NCBI GenBank assembly: GCA_002189035.1
Contig: NEEC01000016.1
Span: 1,488,001 to 1,552,000, forward strand
DNA: 64,000 nt
Direction: 5' to 3'
From: Utricularia gibba
Lineage: Eukaryota > Plantae > Magnoliophyta
Position 1 is the stretch's first letter, and the number at the start of each line of letters is the position of its first letter. The position numbers were made by a program, and so were the translations under genes. Under the pieces are notes generated by a model. It was given only the letters and a program-made list of their open reading frames with translations. It had not been told where the DNA came from and did not search any database. This document shows, one piece after another, positions 54,081 through 64,000 of this stretch.

Positions 54081-54376
54081 TATATACCATTTAAATCATA
54101 TAATATGACATTTATTATTCTTTTTAAGAATTTTAATAAAATAATGAACATACATATAGATTTATAGATAATGGTAAATAAAAAAAGCAATATTAAGGAT
54201 AGGTATTTTGCAAAAAGTTTTGAGAGTATGATTATTTTTCAAATTAAGTAGGAAAGAGATGGATGCTTTTCAAAATTAACTGGTGTATTGGGGGGTGGCC
54301 TACATTGGTGTTGTAGCACCAGCCGGCAGTGCATGGACGTTACTGCTTCTAGTTATGGAACAAACAAGGTTTTGGG

Positions 54377-54878
54377 TAGGGGTGTAATCAAGCCGAGTCG
54401 AGCCGAGCTTTCGGTGTGCTCGGCTTGACTCACCCACCTTCATATCGAGTTCGAGCCAAGCTTGAGCTCGGAACAAGCCTGACAACCTGTGCTCGAGCTC
54501 GAGCTCGGGTAGCCTCGAAGCTCGGCTCGAGCATGAGAAGTCTCGAGTTAAGGCTTAGTTAATGTCCTTGCACATTCTGTCAAAATTGTAATAAATGAAG
54601 TAATAAAATACATTAATTAATGCTACAGTTTATGTTTCAAAAAATATTTTTTTATTATGAAAAAAATTATATAAATTAATGATTCTTTACAAATTTTTAA
54701 ATATTTATTTACTTGGGCCAACCCATGAGCGATCGAGCCGAGTCCATACTTGATCAAGCTCGACTCGATTAGGTATATCGAGCTCGGGCTCGAACTCGTG
54801 TAAATCGAAATCGGGCCAAGCCTTTGTTGAGCCGAGCTTCGGGCCACTTGATTAAAGCTCCACCCGATTACACCCATA
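54377..54878. mobile_element. Non-autonomous hAT element (502 bp)
   Basis: TIRs TAGGGGTGTAATC / GATTACACCCATA; exact 8-bp TSD GTTTTGGG; subterminal GAGCTCG/CGAGCC repeats. Confidence 0.9.
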
Positions 54879-55607
54879 GTTTTGGGTGAGTGTCCGTTGG
54901 GAGTAGACAGCATCATGCGATGATCATGGTGGGCCAGGCCTAATTAAAAAAACCCCAATTTTTTATTGGGTGTAATAAATTGGATTAATTTTATAAAAAG
55001 TCAATAATATTAATGAATTTATTATTAAATTGCCTTCAAATACTTGCCGCGAATATTTAATTTTATTATTTAAAATTTAATTTTCACTATCAAAAATTAA
55101 AAAAATGAAACTCAATTTTTTCATATTTATTAATTTTTATTATAATTGTGTTAGTGATGATGATATTTTAATTGTTCTGTAGCGGTCTCCGGTCAACTGA
55201 TAACATTTTTATTTTAAATGATTTCAATAATTGTGTTAGTGAGATGATATTTTACGAGAGCGCCACGTCATCAGCCCTATCGTGTCATATGTGTGTTAGT
55301 GGGGATGATACTTGGGGCCCACACGGTTTAGCAATGCATCCATTGAACAAGAAAAAGACGTTCTTAGTTGTCGTCAATAATTTCGATCAAAAATCAACCA
55401 ATTTCCAAAGAGATAGATACGTACCTCGCCAGATATTGCATTTTTTTAAACTATGGTTTCATGATGCCATAAAATATTAAGTCAATGTCCCTCACAGTGG
55501 TTTATATGTTCAATGATTGGGGTTTTATGATAATGATTTAGTTAGGCTTCACATCTACAAATGATAATGAAACATTACCAACTCAGCCCAAGCTTAGGTT
55601 TCCAATA

Positions 55608-56183
55608 ATGGCTGCTTCAAAACTGGTTCTCTCTGCTTTGATTTTCTTGCTGCTTGTCCTCCTCGCGTCTGCCGGGGGAAGCACGAGCACCGCAGACACA
55701 TGTAATCGACTGTTTTCTGATTTGTTTTTCTTAAATATGCGGAGATGATGTCTGTCTTATCTTGTTTTGTTTCACTCAGCTGCCGAAGCTGGGGATGAGG
55801 TGGACCACCTTGATGGTTCTGCTGGGAGCCCGGGCGGCAGCTGCAGTGGTGGCCGCGGTGGCGGTCCTGGGGGCGGTGCTGGTGGCTCATGCAGGCCGCG
55901 TAGATGCGGTGGGGGTGGAGGTGGTCCCCGCGGCGGAGGAGGTGGAGGTGGCTGCGGCGGCGGAAGAGGTGGTGGCGGTCGTTACGGTGGCGGCGGGGGA
56001 GGCCCTGGCGGAGGAGGCGGAGGTGGGGGTGGCGGCGGGGGAGGGGGAGGTGGTGGGGGCGGGGGAGGTGGTGGCGGTGGCGGTGGCGATTACTGCGACT
56101 GCTGTGGCGCAAGAGGGTGTGGTTGCTGTAATGCGGTGGTGACTGAGACAGAAGTGGAAGCAGAGACTGAGCCGGTGAACTGA
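55608..56183 (+). CDS. GRP type A copy 3, intact, 165 aa (class II-like GRP with Cys-rich C-terminus)
   Basis: Exon1 55608-55701 plus exon2 55780-56183 gives 498 nt, open: MAASKLVLSALIFLLLVLLASAGGSTSTADTSAEAGDEVDHLDGSAGSPGGSC...G-rich...DYCDCCGARGCGCCNAVVTETEVEAETEPVN. Confidence 0.92.
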
Positions 56184-57065
56184 ACACGCCAACCTAACCG
56201 CACGTATCTAATCTATCAATCTATCCATCCGTCTCCTTGTCCCCCAGAATAAAAAACCGGTGTTCACTCTAATGAGCCACTGCTGGGCTTCTTCTTGTTC
56301 CGGACACTCCACCCTCCTCTGCAATCTCACACATAACCGTGAAAAATCACCATGAACTCCTGACATTGAAGCCCTGATTAACATTAATGGGGTACATTTA
56401 TTTCTTTTTGGAGCTTCTGCAATGCCCTAACACAGCTGGACAGCACTCGACAATAAAACCCCCGCATCTAGAAGAAGGGAAACACTTCCTTCTCATGGAT
56501 AATTTCTAATAAATGTTTTAATCAAGAGATAATATCACGTGAAAGCAAAGGGCGTGGGGACAATGTCAAGACAGTGACGCCACACTCAATGCGTATGGAA
56601 GGATTGCAAAAACATGTTACTCCTACAAACGAATCTTGGTTTCCCACACGCACATGCATATGCATAATAGAAGTGTGAATGCCCAATAAAACCTCGCAGA
56701 TACGTTTCAAAAAGGATTGAGGCAGTGTGTTTGTTTATCAGGATGAAATGAAGGTTACCAAGTAGGAAGAAGTAATTTCACACACGCACAGATCCCTTCC
56801 GGGTCGATGTCCAAAACCTAAAATTGGGCATGGTTGGAACATCTAATTGTTGAAATTAAGAATTCGATGAGTTAAGCGAACATATATGAAACCTATTCAT
56901 ATAATAAATACAGATTACATTAAAAAAATTAGACATAATTGATTATTAATGATATGCAATTTATTATATATTTGATTATTTTAATTTCATTTATCGATAT
57001 GAGATTAGTTTTTCTAATACCCAATATCTTTGATCCTGTTAATACTTGTTTTTCGTGATTGTAGA

Positions 57066-60000
57066 TGATGGTAACTTTGCAAGTGCACAAAAACCGTCGA
57101 AATAATAAAATAAGATCGTATCCACAGGAAATTGTTATTGAAATTTTCTTTTCAAACAAAAACTCAAAAAGACCGAAAACAAAAGAAAGATCGGGTTTTA
57201 AAGATAGTAAGAAAAGTGGACTTGGATCTTAGATCCACCTTATTTGAAATTCATCCTTGCGTGTGTGCAAACCTTGAAGACTGATCTACTTGCGTGTGTG
57301 CAAACCTTGATCCAAAAGTACCCTAAAAATCCACAAAATACACTTTCTCTCCAGAAAGATCAAAGTAGTGTAAAAGATGCAAAATCAATTGAAAATAATG
57401 AGAAAGTGGGGTCTTAAATAAGTAAAAACAACATTCAAAAATAATGGAAGAATATGTTTTGGAACGACACAAAATCACTGATAAACTCCCCCACACTTAG
57501 ATATTGCTTGTCCTCAAGCAATTGTTCAAGGTATTTTCCTCCAAAGTAGTAAATTGCAAATAGAATTAAGGCTAGCAAAATGCATGAGTTATTCAATATT
57601 ACACCATCCACTAGCTCCCGTTGCACGTAGCTACTCCTCACAGGTCACTCAATGCACTCAACAAAAGAAATCCATAAGAGGAGGGTGAAATGAAAAGAGG
57701 ATCGCTCAATACCTGAATGTAGGCGAGTCAGTAAACTTGCGCAAGTTATCCACTAGTTTCAGCAAGCTTGCGCAATCATGAGGTATTTTTCACGGGTTGT
57801 AGCATGGCAGGAGCTTGGGACAGGTAGGAAATTCGGTTGGAGCCTCCATTTCATGGGTAATAAGGAGTGAGCATCCATCAAACAATTCTGTCATGCTTGT
57901 CTTTTGATTTTTGTACTTCAAGGAACTCTTTCTTTTTCAGCTTTGTGGCTTCTTTTCAACACTTTAGCCTTTTTTCTTTCTTCTTCTTCTCTTTTTTTTT
58001 TCTCATTCATTCTTTTGTTCGAAATCAATCTCTCTCTGGATAGAATGTCTGTTGAAAATTCCTTCATAATTTGTTGAGATAGAGCTTGATTACTGAGTTG
58101 AAAATTGCTCTCAACTTTTCTTCTTTTGTAATAGAGCTCTTAGTTCTGCAACTTGCGCAAGCAAATGAACAGAACTATTCTCTAGATGCTCCTTCCTTGG
58201 GTCAAGAGAAATTGCATTAGGCTATAATTGTAAAAATGGGTTTGGCTTCTGATGTGGTAATCCAAATAAAACGGTTTCAGGTTAAACGGGGCTCACTAAG
58301 CGGATTCAAGGTGGGATAATAGAGATAAAATGGGGAAAATCCTAATGCCTCAATCCCTTTGCACAAGACCTGTAGAATAACCTAGTAGTATACACAAGAA
58401 CAAGCCCATGATCGTGGTACATTCAGGTCACTCATAAAGAAAAGAGAATAAAAGTGTCTCCTCACCAAGAAAGTAGGGCTATGTAGCTTGTGAAAGGCGT
58501 ACAAAATGAACAGCATGCAAAAGAATACCTTAGCAAGAAGCATGCCAAAAATCTAATGCACATCAATTATTTTGAAAACTGGACATATATCAAAACTCAT
58601 ACGAAAATTCAGATCTTATCTCTATAAAACCATTTCTCAACAAATTTATTAGAAAACAGAAAACACCAACTTGTTTTTGAATGGCAACAAGTAAGCCATG
58701 CCTTGGTAAAAGATTAACGTGGTCAGTATGGAAATGTGTGAAAGCGAAGAGCAAACCTCTTGAATTTTCCATAAAGCTTCTTTCATTTTCTATTGCTCCA
58801 TAATTTATTTTGAAAGAGCCTCTTGATTACAGAAATCACAGTCCATCTTGATTTGAAATTTCCTGCAAAAAAATTCATGGTTTGAAAACAGGACTAAAAA
58901 TTCATCACCTTTTATACGCCTCATCTTGTGCAAGTGCCCATCACGCCATGTTTTTGTTTGCTCTTTGTACAACTCAAATGGAAAGCTTCAGTGCATGGAA
59001 TTGTGATTGAAGCTTCCTTGAGTTGCTGCACTTTACAAAAGAAATCCTTGTCAAAAACATATTCTTCAACTAAATCATTACTTGTAATGACAAATTCTTC
59101 TTCCTTCAAATCTTTTTCTATGAAGCTTAGGGACCTTTGAACCTCCCCTTGATGTGTGTCCTGATCACATAATTTGTGGGTGTGGTCATCAAAAATATCT
59201 GCTGCTTCCAAATGTTCATGTGTAACACAATCTGCTTCTGTAGCTTGCGCAAGGTCAGGGACACGCATTATTGGAACTCCATCTTCAGTTTCAATATCCT
59301 CACATCTAGTGGGGGTTTCTTCCAATTGACATGAATACTCTAGTGTGTGGATGGCTTCCAAATCATTCAATTGAGCTTCCAACATTTGATTTTTAGTTAT
59401 GAGGTGCTGCAACTTGTCATGCATGTCATGCACTCCCTTCATTTGATCTGAAAATTCTTCTTTTATCTCTTTGATTTGTTTAAGAAATTCTCTATTCATC
59501 TGCTCTTGCCTCTCAATGATTTGACTCAATAGAACTCTGAAAGATGGGCATTGAGGTTTTCTCCAACTCTGATTTGAGTCATGTTGGTTGTCAACCCGAA
59601 ATGCATGACTTTCTCCTTGCGCAAGTCTACTGTGAGACTCCATGAATTTCTCTTCTAACTCTTCATCTTCAGAATCACTTCCAAAATCATTGTCCTTTGA
59701 ATCTAACGATGAATAAGATTGATACCTGGTGTATTGTTGATTTCTGGTCCTCCAATCTTTTTCATACCCAACATCATTATAATAAACATGAGATTCATTC
59801 ACAGACCTTTCTCTGGTGCAGTAATGATTTGTTGCTGGAAGTATATTTTGTTTTTTCGTCCGTGCTTGCGCAACCATCAATTGATCTCTATTGTACCTGC
59901 GTGAAGGTGTCAATTTAGAATATGAAATCAAATGATCTACCTGATGGCCATGTGATTTGTGCTCAAGAATGCATCTCTCAACACGTGATTCTTCAGGATA

Positions 60001-61496
60001 ATCTTCAGGATAAAACAAGTCGTCCATCTTCCGAGAACGCATCCTAGAATCTGCCACCCAAGGATAATATCTTGATCTAATTCGCCCATCAATATTCTCG
60101 AATTCGAGATTAAAGGTTACATCTCGATCAAGTCTCCTCATATCTACACAAGCAAATGATGAACGAAAATCGAAAACAAAAGATTTTTTTTTTACCTCCT
60201 TTTTTTGGATGGAGAAAATCAGCTGCTTGCGCAAGTGCGCAAATAGAGAAAAACTACGAAAATAACAGAAAAATAAGAAATAACCAAAAATGAAATCAGA
60301 AAAGAAAATCCAAAGGAATACAATTCCCCGGCAACGGCGCCAAAAACTTGATGGTAATTCTGCAAATGCACAGAAACTGTCGAAGTAATAAAATAAGATC
60401 GTATCCACATGAAATTGTTATTGGAATTTTCTTTTCAAACAAAAACTCAAAAAGACCGAAAAAAAAAGAAAGATCGGGTTCTGAAGATAGTAAGAAAAGT
60501 GGCATTGGATCTTAGATCCACCTTACTTGAAACTCGTCCTTATGTGTGTGCAAACCTTGAAGACTGTTTGCTTGTACAAGCTTTGGGGGTGTTATGCTAA
60601 AGTAGTGCTACTCGGTGTCCGTTATAGCATTGCCCCTTGTTTTGTGGGATTATGGAATCAACCACACCACCAGAGCCATTTCACCTCTTGTGATAACCCA
60701 TGTTTTTCCAACACCCAAATCTAACCCTTACACCTCTCACCTCGCAGACAGATTAGATAGAATGTGTCTTACCAATGATGTCCGATTGAGCACTTCTCCT
60801 TAGGTGCTTGAGGCCAACCTTTGATTGTCCCACACTTCCTTAGGGCTATATGATACTAAAGATCATGTTGGTAAAGAAAACGTTGCGAAAAATAGAATCA
60901 GACCTCAAATTAAATGCTGAAAAACATAGTAAGATAGTCATGCGCGCAGAACTTGCGCAAGCAAGGCTTCACCACAGATCCTCAGCCAAAAGCACCTACA
61001 TGCACAGACTCGACTCTAACATGAAAATAGACATGAAAAAAGGAAAGATACAAAGGAAAAGTGGTCAAAGACGTTTCTAATGGTTGAGAGGGTGGGGTAT
61101 TCATAGAAGAGTCAATCCAAATCTTTGTATTGAGCTTATTTGATGGGTTTGGATAAGATCTTCTAACCAAATCTTTTATTCAAATCTTCGAAGATCATCT
61201 TCATATCTCTATCTTATCCACGAATCTTGGACTAAATCTTCATTGATTGACCGAGTCTTGGGTTGAGATTCGTGGTCCATCAAATCCATAATTTGGTGGG
61301 TCTTGATTTCTCCTCAAATTGATCCAAAAGTACTTTAAAAATCCACAAAATATACTTTCTCTCCAAAAAGATCAAAATAATGCGAAAGATGCAAAATCAA
61401 TTAAGAATAATGAGAAAATAGGATATAAGATAAGTAAAAACAATACTCAAGAATAGTGGAAGAACATGTTTTGGAACAATACAAAATCACTTATCA
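57066..61496 (-). mobile_element. Non-autonomous Athila-type element (4.4 kb, no pol)
   Basis: 5' LTR 60349-61496; internally deleted 3' LTR 57066-~57484; tRNA-Asp PBS TGGCGCCGTTGCCGGGGA 60342-60325; PPT at ~57486; exact TSD GTAGA. Confidence 0.92.
58921..60141 (-). CDS. 406-aa open ORF of the non-autonomous Athila element (gag-derived or unknown, with coiled coil)
   Basis: First ATG after the PBS (MRRLDRDVTFNLEFENID), uninterrupted; heptad segment IIERQEQMNREF...NQMLEAQLNDL; acidic C-half. Confidence 0.6.
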   Translation of the reverse strand: MRRLDRDVTFNLEFENIDGRIRSRYYPWVADSRMRSRKMDDLFYPEDYPEESRVERCILEHKSHGHQVDHLISYSKLTPSRRYNRDQLMVAQARTKKQNILPATNHYCTRERSVNESHVYYNDVGYEKDWRTRNQQYTRYQSYSSLDSKDNDFGSDSEDEELEEKFMESHSRLAQGESHAFRVDNQHDSNQSWRKPQCPSFRVLLSQIIERQEQMNREFLKQIKEIKEEFSDQMKGVHDMHDKLQHLITKNQMLEAQLNDLEAIHTLEYSCQLEETPTRCEDIETEDGVPIMRVPDLAQATEADCVTHEHLEAADIFDDHTHKLCDQDTHQGEVQRSLSFIEKDLKEEEFVITSNDLVEEYVFDKDFFCKVQQLKEASITIPCTEAFHLSCTKSKQKHGVMGTCTR

Positions 61497-61899
61497 GTAG
61501 ATAATGTTTATATAATCTAATTTTTGTAACCTAATGCTAATACATCTACTTATTTTTTTTTAAATAAAACTCAGATTAACATGTAATTCATCTTGGACAC
61601 CCAACCCATGCCGCAAGGCAAATGTTTTATATTATATTGAAATTAAAAATAAGATGAGTTGAATAAATAAACATGAAATTTAAATACACAATAAATATGA
61701 ATCATATTAAAAAAATATTAGATCTAATCAATTACTAATGATTTGTAATATCTTATATATTTTACTTATTTCAATTTTATTTTACAATATGGGATTATTT
61801 TTTCTAATAAGAGTTCATTCAGAGGTGACTCTGGCATATTCATCTCAAATGTCTTGGGCAAAACATGTGTTGGTTGGCATTTCCTTATCCTATCTATTC

Positions 61900-62784
61900 T
61901 TGAGATTTCTGAAGAGTGTGTGGTCCTAATTAGCTCGGCAGCCTCTGTCGTGTTTACACTATGTAAGAACAAGCAAAAAGGGGGGATGAATCTCTTGAAA
62001 TGTGTTCTTGATGTCATTTCTAGACTTTCATTCCATCGAAATCCAAAACGTACGGAGATTACCTAAAACCCAATATGGATTCCATGGTGGAGTATTGGGT
62101 GTACACGCAGCACTGAAATACCGAATTCATTCATGTTCTTTGGAATGGCAATTATTGAGAGGCGGCCATACTTTTCAAATAGGGTCCATGAGTATTGAGA
62201 TTTCTGACGAGTGTGTGGTCCTAATTATCTCAGCAGCCTCTGTCGTGTTTACACTATGTAAGAACAAGCAAAAAGGGGGGATGAATCTCTTGAAATGTGT
62301 TCTTGATGTCATTTCTAGACTTTCATTCCATCGAAATCCAAAACGTACGGAGATTACCTAAAACCCAATATGGATTCCATGGTGGAGTATTGGGTGTACA
62401 CGCAGCACTGAAATACCGAATTCATTCATGTTCTTTGGAATGGCAATTATTGAGAGGCGGCCATACTTTTCAAATAGGGTCCATGAGTATTGAGATTTCT
62501 GACGAGTGTGTGGTCCTAATTATCTCAGCAGCCTCTGTCGTGTTTACACTATGTAAGAACAAGCAAAAAGGGGGGATGAATCTCTTGAAATGTGTTCTTG
62601 ATGTCATTTCTAGACTTTCATTCCATCGAAATCCAAAACGTACGGAGATTACCTAAAACCCAATATGGATTCCATGGTGGAGTATTGGGTGTATACGCAG
62701 CACTGAAATACCGAATTCATTCATGTTCTTTGGAATGGCAATTATTGAGAGGCGGTCATACTTTTCAAATAGGGTCCATGTGTA
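61900..62784 (+). repeat. Three tandem 295-bp units in the B3 promoter
   Basis: Boundaries TTGAGA at 61900, 62195, 62490 and 62785; units near-identical. Confidence 0.96.
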
Positions 62785-62946
62785 TTGAGATAACAATATC
62801 TGGATTTTAATGTTATATTATTTATTTTTTAGTGGAGTGATGGGATGGCACCTACCCATTTGCGCTCTTGATTATTGATTTCAAGTTTTTGTTCTATAAA
62901 TAGCGAAGAGGCATTCGTGAGTGAGTGTGAGCTCCGCGATCTGAGA

Positions 62947-63400
62947 ATGGCTTCTGCCAGATTACTTCTCTTTGTCGGGCTCTTCTTGCTCATCGCTCTC
63001 CTCGCTTCCTCTGAGGTTGCTGCTGTAAGAAATTTGGCAGAGGCCTCCAACGCCAACACCCTCGATGCATGTAATGAAACAAAAAGAGCTTCTATTTGGT
63101 GTATGAACTCATTATCCTACTGCTACTGACTCATATATTGGTTTGGTGGGCTTTTTTCTTTTTCACTCAGCCAAACCTGGTGACGAGGTACACAGCCGTG
63201 GCGCAGTAGAGAGGACTGAGAAGTTTGGGTTTTATAGGAGGCCAATTCGTGGTGGAGGCGGCGGAGGAGGTGGTGGTGGGGTGGAGGCGGTGGTGGAGGT
63301 GGAGGTGGAGGCGTGGTGGAGGTGGAGGTGGTGGCGGTGGTGGTGGAGGAGGGGTGGCCGCCACCCTCACCTTGAATCTGGGGAGGAGTCCAAGAATTGA
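62947..63400 (+). CDS. GRP type B copy 3; open frame but three internal -1 slips in the Gly tract
   Basis: Exon1 62947-63070 plus exon2 63171-63400 gives 354 nt: ...AVERTEKFGFYRRPIRGGG...GGRHPHLESGEESKN*. Confidence 0.82.
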
Positions 63401-64000
63401 CGAGGCTTCCAAGCCACCTTATGTTTCTAATCTCTGTCCGAATAAAGACACAAGTGTGCATGATTCTGTATTGAGCCCATTGCTTCCCTTCTTTGTGCTG
63501 TCGGTGTGATGCTGCTGTATCTTCAATCCACACTAAATAAAATTCCAATCTGAATTACATGACATATGTATTTAAAAATAATAATTCAAATATATTATTA
63601 AATATAATATTGTATTAAATACCTTCTAAATATCTAAATATTTTTGTTATCAAATATTGATAATTTTCAAAAATAAAAAAAAAACTTATTTTTTTTCAAA
63701 TTATCTAGTAATGTAATTTCTTTCTTAGTAGATAAAATTTTTTTAATTATTTTTTGAAATTAGTTGTATAAAATTTAAGAATAGACACCCAATCAATTTT
63801 TCTCTTTTTGTTTGCTCTTCAAACATGTGAAAAAAAAATACATATTTTGGAAATTTGGAAGAGTGTTCGAGCGGGTGAACGCCAACCAAGCGATGGAGCC
63901 CGCTACACAGTCCAGTCGAATAATTGAAATCTTGTTTATCACAATTTTTTTAAAAAAAAATATTTTTTAATAAAAAGATCGTATGCAGGTTTTAAAAATT

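Noticed and set aside
60142-60408. Hydrophobic N-terminal 89 aa of the 495-aa ORF as a membrane domain
   Set aside because: It spans LTR, PBS and T-rich leader; the first plausible ATG is at 60141.
61900-62784. CRISPR-like or satellite array
   Set aside because: Plain head-to-tail duplication without unique spacers, in a plant nuclear context with no cas genes.
62002-62810. Repeated 119-aa ORF MFLMSFLDF... (also 12642-13155)
   Set aside because: It is a by-product of the 295-bp tandem unit, starts at a non-ATG codon and is broken in the B2 copy.

Overview
Plant nuclear DNA holding a tandem cluster of eight small two-exon genes for secreted peptides of the plant glycine-rich protein (GRP) type, buried in transposons. 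There are three type A genes (Gly-rich with a CxCC-x4-CxCC tail), three type B genes (Arg/Gly-rich, no Cys) and two Gly-free genes, C and D, with a CxC-x4-CxC core. All share a signal/pro exon 1, a short intron and a C-terminal tail ending in Asn. Transposons are three Tat-lineage Ty3/gypsy elements, Athila-type elements and solo LTRs, a nested 18.8-kb Ty1/copia element, a MuDR/MULE and a non-autonomous hAT; many have verifiable TSDs. Two inversions (~3 kb and ~24.7 kb), reconstructed from displaced TSDs and a split gene, explain every minus-strand member of the array. Only A3 is cleanly intact. Most frameshifts in the other copies are single missing Gs in G-runs and may be assembly errors. 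The organism was not identified and no database searches were run.
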